From a virus: DNA of 64,000 nt. Below, piece after piece: positions 47,600 to 57,488 of the stretch. The notes under the pieces were generated by a model. The model ran no database searches. It saw only the letters and a list, made by a program, of their open reading frames with translations, and had not been told where the DNA came from. Both the position numbers and the translations under genes were made by a program. Location: IMG/VR virus record IMGVR_UViG_3300013131_004463, positions 1-64,000 of that record. One strand, 5' to 3'. The stretch's first letter is position 1. Every line of letters starts with the position of its first letter.

Positions 47600-50500
47600 T
47601 TATTTTCTGAGTATACCGCCAGGTCTTTGCTGCTGAGTAATTACTTCTATTACTTGATTTTTAATTAAAGCAGCCAAAGATTTAGCTTCTTGATTTTTTT
47701 GTTGATTTTGCTCTTGAGCGCTTTGACTAGAGTCTTGACTAGTTTCGCCTACTGCTTGTCCATTAGCAACATTTACAGTTATGTTTATATTATTCGTAGG
47801 ATTAGATGCTATATTTTTATTTAGTTCATTTAATGAATTACCAGCTATACCACCATTAGCAAATTTCTTAACTCTACCTGTATTTAAATCGTCAAAGAAT
47901 TTTCTGCCGTAAGAATTAACCGCTTGTTTTCTCATTACAAATTCACCGTCCATTAATAGAGCTGGAATATCATCTTTACCACTAGAACCCCCATTTGCAA
48001 AACCTTGAATATATCCTCCGCTAGCTCTGCCGAATTTTAATCTTCCTCCAGAATATGGAGCAGTTTGAGTAGGTTTATAGGCAGTATTACCATCATCCGC
48101 TGGTCTTAGGTTCACATCGTGAACAGGACGAGCTCTTCTTACTTCTTTCGAACCCAAAGCTTCCCCTGCGCCGAATATACCTTTGAATCCTCCCATCTCA
48201 CCAAACTGATTCATACCTGCGCCTAATAAGCCTAATCCAAAACTATATAATCCTCCTCGAAGTTTAGCATTTTTTTGTCGATTATATTCATCTCTAATCT
48301 CTCTGTTAATTCTTTGGTTTTCAGCATAAGCCTTTCGATTTTCCTCTTGGACACTCTCTACATAGTTTAAATAATCGTACAGAGCGGCTTCTCTATCTAT
48401 TCGTCTTTGATTCTGTGGGTTATTTTCGTCAATTATAGCTCTTATACTTAATCTTTCATCAATAACGTCTTCTCCAGCAGTCGGGCGATTAGCGTCATTA
48501 TATCTATAATTATTTGCTCCTATAAATTTAGCTTCACCACCATTAGCAAATTTTTTAACTTTCTTCTCTTTAAGATCAGTAGTAGGTGTTACAGCTCCAG
48601 GCATTTCTGAAATAGTCGCTTTTCCTCCTCCTCCCCCTGATAATGAGCCAATTGCCTGACCAAGAATTCCTTGAAAAATCGGCATCCCTACTAGCTGTCC
48701 TCCGAAAAAATTCTTCTGGACTTTTCCTTCATTTAACATTTGTAAATATTCTGGACCATATTTCTTAACAGCACTTTTTCTTATAACATACTCACCAGCG
48801 CTTAGCATAGCTGGGATATCATCTTTTGTGCCTGATCCACCAGTTACATTGCCACCAGACGAATAACCTTTTATCATTCCACCTTTTGATTTAAACAAAG
48901 AACTAAAGAAGTCTCCAATACCCTCACTACCATTAACACCAAAAATATTGCTAGTGCTACCGAAAAGGGAACCAAAAATTTGATTACTAGCAAATTCAAG
49001 CGACAATTGTTGTATTTTATCGCTTATATTTAAAGCCATTTTTGTAAATGCATCACTAGCGTTTTCTGTTCCATTAGCAAAAGATAAAAATGCGTTATTG
49101 AATTCGCTTTTTATTGTTCTAGCTGTATCAATTGTGCTATTTTGAACATCTCTAAAGAATGTAGATGTATTATAATCAAAAGCATCAGTAAAGGCGTCTA
49201 CGAAATCCATAGGTTTAGTATTTCCAAGTTTTATATCTTTTTCTCTAACTGCTTGTCTTCCGCTTAAAAATTCATCTGAAAATATTGAGCCTTCCGCGCT
49301 TTGAGCTAATAAAGCTAAGTTTTCTGCCGCAGCTTGCGTGGCAAGATCTAGTTTTACAAGATTATCTTTATATTTAGTTTCTAAACCAGCTCTAATTGTT
49401 TGGAGTTTATTACCAGCATCTTGCTGTCGTTTTGAATCTAGAATAGAAGTGTTTAATATATTAAATCCATTTGTTAAAGAAGTATTACTAGCATTTAACG
49501 CTTTTAATCTTGATTGGTAATCAGCCATTTGTCTTGTAGTTAACCCTCCCTGAGTCTTTATTAGATTTAATTGTTCTTGCTCAAGAGCTTTTAATCTTTC
49601 TTTTGCTAAAATTTTTGCTTGATCATCTAATGTGTTTTCATTTATTGAATTAATGCCTTGTAAAGTTAAATCTGCAATTTCTTTTCGATAATCTGATGTT
49701 GTTTTTGTTGTTAATTCTTCTATATCTAAACCTTCAAATCTGTTAGATCTTATGCTATCAATAGAGTCTTTAATAAGTTGTGAATTTTTTTCTTCTAAAA
49801 ATATCTCGCCACTTCTGGCTTGTTGAATAACGCTTAAACTTTTTACAGCGTTTGATAAAGCAGGGATTAATAAATTGACGTTTCCATTTAGTTTTTGAGT
49901 TAAGTCTGCTTCTATAGCTTTATATTTATTAACCGCTTCTTGTCTTAAAGCCGAGTCTGAAATACTTGAATTTAAAATATCAAAATTATTAGAAGAAATA
50001 GAAGCTTTTTGACCAGCTTTATCTAACCCAACTCTGAGTTTAGAGAGTTGTTCGTCTGTTAGTTTTCCTTCCTTAGCAAGTGCATCTAATTCTGTTTTAA
50101 ATTCATTTGAAAATTCGGTTATTAAACTTGTTCGTTTTAAATCTTCTTGAGTCCCTTCTGCAATTTTCGTTGCTGCAGATTTTGTTAAATTTTCAAGTAT
50201 AGTTTGAGGGCTATATTGTTGTATAAATTGTGGATCTTTGAAAAGCTCAGCAAAGTTTGCTTGTTTTAATATTTCTGCTCCAGCTAATCTTCGCGCTTTT
50301 GCTTTAGCATTACCTTCTTCTGTTCCATCTCCTTGAGCGAAAAGTTCAGTTAAGGTTCTTGATAACTTTGTAAAAGAAAATATCCCTTTTGCAGCATTAT
50401 CCATTGCTCTACCGGCTAGCTCTATGCTACCGCCTAATTCTAAAAATTTTGCTATTACTTTATCTATTTTTTCTCTTGGATCTCCATCTCCTTCTAATAT

Positions 50501-53500
50501 AGTTTTAATAGATTCTTTTATGCCTTTACTATTTCTTTCTGTTATTTCTCCAGAAGTAACTAAACCACCAACAAAATTATCTAATTCGGCATTAAAATTC
50601 TTTAAGCTTTCTGCTGCTAAATCCGATGATAGTTTTTGAATAGCAACGTTCTCTTTTTCTCCTTGAGTTAATTTTGCATAATTTTTTGGTACCGCATATT
50701 TTTCGAAAACTCCTCCGAAACCTTGAGATGATCGAGTAATAGCTTCTGCATATGCAATATCCATTTGTTTTATTTTCTTATCTATTTGTTCTTGTGAAAA
50801 TGGTAACATTCCTGTCTCCATAACACTTTTTGGTCCATTTTGAATACTAGTTAAATTTGTAAAGCCAAATGGATCACGAACATCGCCAAAAGGAAGTCCG
50901 TCTGCCAATGATTTCTCTAAATCTTTCATACCTTTAGACGTAGTAAATGAAACTAATTCAACAGCATTAGCATATCCAGATAATGATCCAATTAATTTTT
51001 CATTATTAGAAAATAATTCTGCAAAAGTTTCTCCAGATTTTGTTCGTAACATGCCAAAAGCAGTAATATTTTCATCAAATGTATTTTTTAAATTTCCATC
51101 TTTTTTAAGTTGAGCTATTTTACTTGTGAATTCATCTATACTTTTTGTAGACTCTTTTATTACAGAAGCTCTTCCTAAAGCTTCTCTTAATCTTTCTTCA
51201 TCTCCAGATTCTATAGAGTTTATGATTTGATCTTTTAGTTCAGGACCAACGTCATTAAGTATTCTTCCCAAGCTTGCTCGAGACTCTTTCTCTGCTCTTT
51301 GCAAGTCTTTATTTGTACCTTTTATTTCTCCAGTTTGTAGTCCTCGAATTTGGTCTCTAGAAGTTAAAAACCCTTGAACATTTTCATTAAATCTAGATAA
51401 ATTATTTAAGGACTCAGCCGCTTGTTTCGCAAATTCTCCAGTTTTATCATTAACTATATCTAAAGCTTTTCTAAATCCTAAAACTGCCCCCGTTGCAGCA
51501 CCGATAGCAATCCCCCATGGTCCAAATAAAGCTCCTGCTCCAGCAAAACTTGCAAATGTCCCAAGCCCTTCTGCCGCAGCTTGCGCATTTTTATCTCCTG
51601 GCCTAGAAGCAGCAATTGTTTGAGCAAGTATTGGTGCGCCTATGCTTAAACCAATTCCAGCAGTCTGTAATCTTGCTCCACCAGCTTGTCTCGCTTGTTG
51701 GGCTCTACCTAAAGCTTCGGATGCTCTCTGTGCCCTTTCACCAGTTGTAGTGTCTCTAATTCTTTCTAATTCTCTTAATTGCCTACCTCCACCGATACCT
51801 AATCCTAAAAATCCTCCAGCAGATCTTTCTAAATTAGAAACATTTTGATTAAATGATTTTGTAGCATTTGCAACGCCTTGTAAACTACGATTCATATTTG
51901 TAGCGCTTTGATTTGTTAAATTATATTTTAAAGCTAGCGCGTCAACCTGCTTATTTGCATTTTTTAAACTTATTTGTTGATTTCTTAATTGATCTACGAT
52001 TCCACGGAATTCTTTCTGTGCATCTGCTAGAAAAGTTTTTTGATATTGAAGCGCTGCTTGTTGGCTTGACATTCCGCCTCCGGCCATTGAAGCAACCATT
52101 GCGGGATTAACTTGCATAAATGGAGAAGCAAAATTAGGAATAAATCCTTCAGAAAAAGATCCTGCTTTTTTCGCAACATTAATATTTTTTTGCGCCGCAA
52201 TTCCTTGTTTAATTCCATTTGGCTCATCTTCTGTATTATAAACTCCTACTCCTAATGGGTTATATGAACTTGTTAATCTATTATCCTGTCCAATTCTAAT
52301 TTTGGAAGATGGTACTCCTGCGGCTAATTCTCTTTCTATTGCTGCATCAAGTGCGGAAAAATTAGGTATAAAACCAGAGTTTTTTAATCTTGGGGTAGGC
52401 AATAAAGGACGAGTAGTAGCGTCTCTATAAGCTTTATCTATTATTTCTCTCGCTTGTTCCGAAGTAATAGTTCTCTTTGCGTCAGCTTTTATTACAGGGG
52501 GAGTAAATCCAAATTTACTATTAAAAGATGTTGCTGGAGGAGAACTTTCTTCAAAATCAAACGGTTTTTGAGAAGCATCTTGATTAAAAGCTTGCTCTAA
52601 CGCTCCTCCTCTTTTTGTTCCTAAATTTACTGCAGCTTCAAAAATAGATCCCTCGGCGCCAGGAGGGAAAAGATTAATGCCTGGTTTTCTTGTATTAGAA
52701 ACTAGTGTTGATTTAAATTTTGGATCAGGACTAATTGGCCCAAAAATACTATTTGCTAAATTTGCTAAAGGATCTACGAATAATTTATTAATTTCTGTTG
52801 AAAAAGCGCCTTTACTATTAATTGTGCTATTTTTTAAATCTTCTAATGTTCGAGCTTGAATTCCTTCAAATCTTATAATTCTTGGATCATTCTGATACCC
52901 TAAAGTATTAAATGAAGTTTGGGCGTTAATTGCGCCTCTTCTTCCAGTCACGCCAACTATACCAAGATTTTGCGCTTTAAATGAAACAGTCTCTTTTGGT
53001 CCATTTTTCTTAAGCAAAGCTGGACTAGCTTTAATAGAGTCTAATTCTTTTCTTACTTCTGGAGATATATTATAACCTCTTTTTTTAATTAATTCTTCTA
53101 CATCTATTTTAGATCTACTCGCTTCTGTTATATATCTTTGAGCTTGTTGAAATGGATTTGCTGCAAAATTAGGAATAAATCCATCTGAAGCATAAGGATC
53201 AAAACCATTTTGATTAGTAAAATCTTTTTGATATTGTTTTCCAGCTTTACTATTTTTAGGAGGAATAATCGCTGGTTGAGACATTCCAGGAAATTTTTTG
53301 ACTTTTTCTGCAGAGTTATATATTACTCTGCCTTCTCCAGAAATATTCATTTCTTTTATTTTACCTGGTTTGTAACCTCCAGATAAAGCACCATATACTT
53401 CTGATAATGAGTAATTTGGTATAAATCCAGAAGATTTGGTAGTTATCTGACCACCTTTAACTCCTACGCCTCTTGTAACTAATGAAGCGCCAATAGTTGA

Positions 53501-55045
53501 AGATAATGCTGCAGCCTGGGTTCTTAAAGCATTTTGCTCTTTCAATATTCTTAATATTTGATTTTCTACAGATAAAACCGTGACTTGTTTTGCATTAATC
53601 GCTGCAAGTAATTGAGGCTCTTGACTTAAAACTTGATTAATTTTTGTTTGTAATTGAGCTCTAGCCTCAGCTTGTTGATTTATACCTAATAAAGCTTTTG
53701 CTCCAGACGCTGCAAATTTAGATAAATCTAAAGCAAGTTTTCCAATAACAGCAGTAATTAAAACTATTCCAGGACCAGATATAAATGTTGAAAGACCCTT
53801 TAATATACCCTCTCCTAGTCTACCTCCAATACTTTCACTATCTTGACTATTTATAAATTCTAAAACTTTATTAACGCTTTTTAAAACATTCTCTATAGCT
53901 GGTTGAAAAGCTCCAGAGCCTATTGTAGCGCTAAGTTGTGCAGTATTTGCTACAGTTCTATTAAATAAAGCAGCTATAGTTTCGTTTAAAGCTTGATTTC
54001 TTCTAATAGCTTCATCTGTAGATGATGTAGAAGTTTTTAGAGCTCTATCATATACAGAATATTCTTTACCTAGATCTCCTAAGGCAGCTTTTAGGACGTT
54101 AATTTGAAAAACTCCTCCAACACTTTCAGCAACTTGTGCTCTTTGAGAGTCTCCAAGAGTATCAAATGTTACGCCTAATTCTCTTAATATTTGTAGTGCT
54201 GGTAAAGTATTTCCTTCTAAATCTCTTACAGTTATTCCTAAAGATTGAAGTTGATCTAAGACGTCTGTTCTTTGTATTCTTGTAAAAATAGTTTTTAAAG
54301 AATTTCCAATAACTGCACCACCTCTAGCAGTAGTTTGCTGTACGCTAGTAACAATAGCTAATAATTCATCAAAATCAACATTAACATCTTGAGCCGAACT
54401 TCCTACTCGTTTAATTGCTTCTGCAAGATCCGCAGAACTTACGGCAAATGCAGCATCAACATTAGCTAATTTATTAATAATAGCAGTTGAATCTAAAGCT
54501 GATTTACTAAAGCTATTTATCGTTGCAGTCAAAGCTTCTACTGCGCTTAGAGTATCTAAACCGCTAAGACGAGTTAATATAAGAGCATCTCTGGTCCTTT
54601 TTAATGTTTCCTCTGCGCCGAGACCTTGACGAGCAAGTTCTGTTGCAGCTTCTGCTACAGAGCGAAATGATTGGCCGGTATCTTTAGCTATATTAAATAC
54701 TTCTGCACCAAATTTAGCTAGACCTTGGGTAGTCGTATTTAATATAACATTAATATCTGTGAGTGATTTTTGAACATCTACAGTTGTTCTAATTAAATCT
54801 GTAAAAGCTTTTTGTACTGTATAGATTAAACCTGCGCTTGCTCCGAATGCAATAACGCGCGCATTTGATGCATCTAACGATTTTTGAAACTCATTTGCAG
54901 CGCCAGTAATTCTACCTAAAGGCTGAGTAAAATTCTTTTCGTTTAGTCCTTTAAATTTAAAATCACGAGATAACGCATTTTGTATATCTCTTTCGAGTTG
55001 TCTCGTGTCTGCACCTACTGAAATTGTAGCCGAAGTCCTAGCCAT
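47600..55045 (-). CDS. Tail tape measure protein (2481 aa)
   Basis: N-terminal TP901-type TMP domain (ELARQG, AVSSADLAEAI, GNSLKTIFTR), long Ala/Gly-rich helical regions and GE(Y/F)V.RK.AV C-terminal motifs. Confidence 0.92.
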   Translation of the reverse strand: MARTSATISVGADTRQLERDIQNALSRDFKFKGLNEKNFTQPLGRITGAANEFQKSLDASNARVIAFGASAGLIYTVQKAFTDLIRTTVDVQKSLTDINVILNTTTQGLAKFGAEVFNIAKDTGQSFRSVAEAATELARQGLGAEETLKRTRDALILTRLSGLDTLSAVEALTATINSFSKSALDSTAIINKLANVDAAFAVSSADLAEAIKRVGSSAQDVNVDFDELLAIVTSVQQTTARGGAVIGNSLKTIFTRIQRTDVLDQLQSLGITVRDLEGNTLPALQILRELGVTFDTLGDSQRAQVAESVGGVFQINVLKAALGDLGKEYSVYDRALKTSTSSTDEAIRRNQALNETIAALFNRTVANTAQLSATIGSGAFQPAIENVLKSVNKVLEFINSQDSESIGGRLGEGILKGLSTFISGPGIVLITAVIGKLALDLSKFAASGAKALLGINQQAEARAQLQTKINQVLSQEPQLLAAINAKQVTVLSVENQILRILKEQNALRTQAAALSSTIGASLVTRGVGVKGGQITTKSSGFIPNYSLSEVYGALSGGYKPGKIKEMNISGEGRVIYNSAEKVKKFPGMSQPAIIPPKNSKAGKQYQKDFTNQNGFDPYASDGFIPNFAANPFQQAQRYITEASRSKIDVEELIKKRGYNISPEVRKELDSIKASPALLKKNGPKETVSFKAQNLGIVGVTGRRGAINAQTSFNTLGYQNDPRIIRFEGIQARTLEDLKNSTINSKGAFSTEINKLFVDPLANLANSIFGPISPDPKFKSTLVSNTRKPGINLFPPGAEGSIFEAAVNLGTKRGGALEQAFNQDASQKPFDFEESSPPATSFNSKFGFTPPVIKADAKRTITSEQAREIIDKAYRDATTRPLLPTPRLKNSGFIPNFSALDAAIERELAAGVPSSKIRIGQDNRLTSSYNPLGVGVYNTEDEPNGIKQGIAAQKNINVAKKAGSFSEGFIPNFASPFMQVNPAMVASMAGGGMSSQQAALQYQKTFLADAQKEFRGIVDQLRNQQISLKNANKQVDALALKYNLTNQSATNMNRSLQGVANATKSFNQNVSNLERSAGGFLGLGIGGGRQLRELERIRDTTTGERAQRASEALGRAQQARQAGGARLQTAGIGLSIGAPILAQTIAASRPGDKNAQAAAEGLGTFASFAGAGALFGPWGIAIGAATGAVLGFRKALDIVNDKTGEFAKQAAESLNNLSRFNENVQGFLTSRDQIRGLQTGEIKGTNKDLQRAEKESRASLGRILNDVGPELKDQIINSIESGDEERLREALGRASVIKESTKSIDEFTSKIAQLKKDGNLKNTFDENITAFGMLRTKSGETFAELFSNNEKLIGSLSGYANAVELVSFTTSKGMKDLEKSLADGLPFGDVRDPFGFTNLTSIQNGPKSVMETGMLPFSQEQIDKKIKQMDIAYAEAITRSSQGFGGVFEKYAVPKNYAKLTQGEKENVAIQKLSSDLAAESLKNFNAELDNFVGGLVTSGEITERNSKGIKESIKTILEGDGDPREKIDKVIAKFLELGGSIELAGRAMDNAAKGIFSFTKLSRTLTELFAQGDGTEEGNAKAKARRLAGAEILKQANFAELFKDPQFIQQYSPQTILENLTKSAATKIAEGTQEDLKRTSLITEFSNEFKTELDALAKEGKLTDEQLSKLRVGLDKAGQKASISSNNFDILNSSISDSALRQEAVNKYKAIEADLTQKLNGNVNLLIPALSNAVKSLSVIQQARSGEIFLEEKNSQLIKDSIDSIRSNRFEGLDIEELTTKTTSDYRKEIADLTLQGINSINENTLDDQAKILAKERLKALEQEQLNLIKTQGGLTTRQMADYQSRLKALNASNTSLTNGFNILNTSILDSKRQQDAGNKLQTIRAGLETKYKDNLVKLDLATQAAAENLALLAQSAEGSIFSDEFLSGRQAVREKDIKLGNTKPMDFVDAFTDAFDYNTSTFFRDVQNSTIDTARTIKSEFNNAFLSFANGTENASDAFTKMALNISDKIQQLSLEFASNQIFGSLFGSTSNIFGVNGSEGIGDFFSSLFKSKGGMIKGYSSGGNVTGGSGTKDDIPAMLSAGEYVIRKSAVKKYGPEYLQMLNEGKVQKNFFGGQLVGMPIFQGILGQAIGSLSGGGGGKATISEMPGAVTPTTDLKEKKVKKFANGGEAKFIGANNYRYNDANRPTAGEDVIDERLSIRAIIDENNPQNQRRIDREAALYDYLNYVESVQEENRKAYAENQRINREIRDEYNRQKNAKLRGGLYSFGLGLLGAGMNQFGEMGGFKGIFGAGEALGSKEVRRARPVHDVNLRPADDGNTAYKPTQTAPYSGGRLKFGRASGGYIQGFANGGSSGKDDIPALLMDGEFVMRKQAVNSYGRKFFDDLNTGRVKKFANGGIAGNSLNELNKNIASNPTNNINITVNVANGQAVGETSQDSSQSAQEQNQQKNQEAKSLAALIKNQVIEVITQQQRPGGILRK

Positions 55046-55069
55046 ACCTTATTCCTTTGCTACTATAAA

Positions 55070-55075
55070 TTACAC
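55070..55075 (-). promoter_or_regulatory. GTGTAA element before the tape measure gene
   Basis: TTACAC on the plus strand, followed by AAGG-rich leader. Confidence 0.6.
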
Positions 55076-55104
55076 AAAATATACTTAATTATGATAGTTT
55101 TAAC

Positions 55105-56118
55105 TTATTTAACACCATGTAATTTCATTAGATCTTCCATACTTAAAACTCCACCCTTTTTTAAAGCCTCTTGATGTAAACTTACACCTTTTTGATTTTT
55201 GTTTATTTTTTCAAGATCTTCTTTGCTTGCTCCAATAATAGAAGTACCTACAGCGCCTTCGCTCTTTTTATTTTCTTTTGAGACGTTTTTATCTAAAACC
55301 TCTTCTAAATTTCTTGAACTTTCTAACCAATCAATTAATTTATCTGGATCTTCGTATAGGTCATCAGAAGGTTTATTCTTTGCTTCAGTTATAATACTCT
55401 TAAAATATCTTGCATATCCAAATACCTCAACTTGATAAAAAGTAAGATGCATAATTGGTTTACCATAAAAATAATAAGGATTATCTTCGCTAATATTGAA
55501 AAGATTTAAATAAAAAGGAGACAACGCTATCTTCTTAAGGTTTTTATCAAAGAAATCTTTATTAAATTCATCATATATTTTTAATATATTTACAATATCT
55601 TTATCTTCTAATTCATCGAATTCGTTTTCGGAAAAATATGTATTTTTTAAATTTTCATCTTTATATAATGAATTCTTTATGTAATATTCATTTATTTTTT
55701 TGTTAGCATAGTCTTCTGCTGTAAATCCAATTAATTCTTTCTTTTCTGATTTTAATTTATTTAATTTTAAATTTTCTTCATTAATTTGAACATTTATGGA
55801 TTTAATTTCTTCACTTCTAAATAATTTTGATTTTGTAGTTTTCAAGTTAGATATATAAAAGCCTATTTTGTCTATCTCTTTGTTTTTTTCTTCTGACCAT
55901 AGTTTTTCTTTAATAATATATTTATCTTGATCTTCTATAGTTGGAAGTCCCCCTTGAATTGCTTTATTTTTAAATTCTTCTTTTTTGTGATCAGCATCGC
56001 CAGAATCAAAACTTGTTTGATGTTTGATGAATATTTTATCTTTACCAAACGCTCTAATAGAATATCCTCTAAGGACATCTATAAAAATTAATCTTAATTT
56101 ATTCTTGTCATGAATCAA
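55105..56118 (-). CDS. Probable tail assembly chaperone
   Basis: Charged helical protein located immediately upstream of the TMP gene. Confidence 0.5.
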   Translation of the reverse strand: MIHDKNKLRLIFIDVLRGYSIRAFGKDKIFIKHQTSFDSGDADHKKEEFKNKAIQGGLPTIEDQDKYIIKEKLWSEEKNKEIDKIGFYISNLKTTKSKLFRSEEIKSINVQINEENLKLNKLKSEKKELIGFTAEDYANKKINEYYIKNSLYKDENLKNTYFSENEFDELEDKDIVNILKIYDEFNKDFFDKNLKKIALSPFYLNLFNISEDNPYYFYGKPIMHLTFYQVEVFGYARYFKSIITEAKNKPSDDLYEDPDKLIDWLESSRNLEEVLDKNVSKENKKSEGAVGTSIIGASKEDLEKINKNQKGVSLHQEALKKGGVLSMEDLMKLHGVK

Positions 56119-56894
56119 GTTGCAACTTCCGCTTTATCATTTTTATCTTCGTCAGAATCAATTAGTTTGACTAATTTTTCAAATTCTTCTTGAGAAGAAG
56201 CTCTTCCAGTATACCAAAAGCTTATCAGGTATACAAATTTCGATAGAGCTTTTCTTTCCCAAGAATCTTCGCTTTTTTCTTCTACTAAATCGTATGCTTC
56301 TAATTTTTCCTCATAAGATGATCCTTTGAATAAATCTTGAAATTTTCCTTCATCGTCTTGCAATTGGCTTAACTGCAAAACCCACCACATAATAGTTTTA
56401 TTTCTAGCTCTATTTTCGGCAGTTTGCTCGAATAGACTTGCTTGAGCAAATTCATAGTCTTGCAATTTTTCTCTTGTTTGCGCGATTTCTTTTATAATTC
56501 TTTTGTATTCACTTTTTTCAGATTCGCTTCTATCTTTTTCTTCTTTTAAAGAAACCCTTTGGAATTCTGTTTGTAATTCAAAGAGTTTAACGTATAGCTT
56601 TGTGTATTCTTCTTTATCAGAATCACTAAATACTCCTCCGTCATTGCTAAATCTTTTAGCTAAAAGAGCTCTAGTTAAAAGGCCAGCTTTAATGCCTTCT
56701 GAAAGACGAACTCCGAAAAATAGCTCCGCTTCATCAAAAAGGCCTCTGCTAGGTTTTTTAATTGATAGCTTTATTGGCGCATTGACTTTTATTTTAGAAG
56801 TAATTTTAACTTCTTCGCCTTTTTCATTTGTAGAAACATCTACTTTTTCGACTTCTTTTTCTTGATTAATAGTAAATTCATACATTGTTTTCAT
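56115..56894 (-). CDS. Probable tail assembly chaperone
   Basis: Acidic coiled-coil protein between the tube and TMP genes. Confidence 0.5.
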   Translation of the reverse strand: MKTMYEFTINQEKEVEKVDVSTNEKGEEVKITSKIKVNAPIKLSIKKPSRGLFDEAELFFGVRLSEGIKAGLLTRALLAKRFSNDGGVFSDSDKEEYTKLYVKLFELQTEFQRVSLKEEKDRSESEKSEYKRIIKEIAQTREKLQDYEFAQASLFEQTAENRARNKTIMWWVLQLSQLQDDEGKFQDLFKGSSYEEKLEAYDLVEEKSEDSWERKALSKFVYLISFWYTGRASSQEEFEKLVKLIDSDEDKNDKAEVAT

Positions 56895-57166
56895 ATTTTT
56901 TCTCCGTTATTTTCAACTATTTCATTAAGGTATCTTTTTATTTTACCATAATAGACTACTCCACCAATTGTTTTAATAAATTGGTGTTTTTTATTTTCAT
57001 CCCAATTTTTATAATTATTAATAAAATTAGGATTTTTAAAAATTGTTAAACTAGGTTTTAGTATACCAAAATTATCTTTTAAACTTTTTTGTATGCTTTG
57101 GATAGACAAGTTGCCCTCTATTATCTTATCTACTGGAAAATTATAGTTTATTCTTTTAGGTCTCAT
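56891..57166 (-). CDS. Hypothetical protein
   Basis: 91 aa; 4-nt overlaps with both neighbours. Confidence 0.65.
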   Translation of the reverse strand: MRPKRINYNFPVDKIIEGNLSIQSIQKSLKDNFGILKPSLTIFKNPNFINNYKNWDENKKHQFIKTIGGVVYYGKIKRYLNEIVENNGEKI

Positions 57167-57387
57167 TTTATTGATATATTTAATTTACTGAAACTTTCTT
57201 CTATTTCTCTAATAGCATCATTTGCATTATCGAGAATTCTTTTGCGTATTTTTTGATAAGTTTCATCATTTATATTATAGCCTGAATCACCTAGATCTTC
57301 AAGTATAAAAAAGAAATTTTTATATATATTTGTAATTTTTCTCTTTATCTGAAAAAGAGTAATATCTTTTATAGGATCATTTTCCAT
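57163..57387 (-). CDS. Hypothetical protein
   Basis: 74 aa; GTGTAA at 57432-57427 and AGG-rich leader. Confidence 0.65.
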   Translation of the reverse strand: MENDPIKDITLFQIKRKITNIYKNFFFILEDLGDSGYNINDETYQKIRKRILDNANDAIREIEESFSKLNISIK

Positions 57388-57432
57388 AATCTTTTACCTT
57401 TATTTTAACCTTTAACCTAAACTGAATTACAC

Positions 57433-57467
57433 AAAAAATAACCCCCGCGAGAAGCGAGGGTTATTTT
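57433..57467 (-). terminator. Intrinsic terminator after the major tail gene
   Basis: Minus strand AAAATAACCCTCGC-TTCTC-GCGGGGGTTATTTTTT. Confidence 0.85.
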
Positions 57468-57488
57468 ATAATTTTATTTAATTATTTA

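Noticed and set aside
55105-56894. Programmed G/GT-type frameshift in tail chaperones
   Set aside because: The two ORFs overlap by ATGA and each has its own start; no slippery site could be singled out from the many A/T runs
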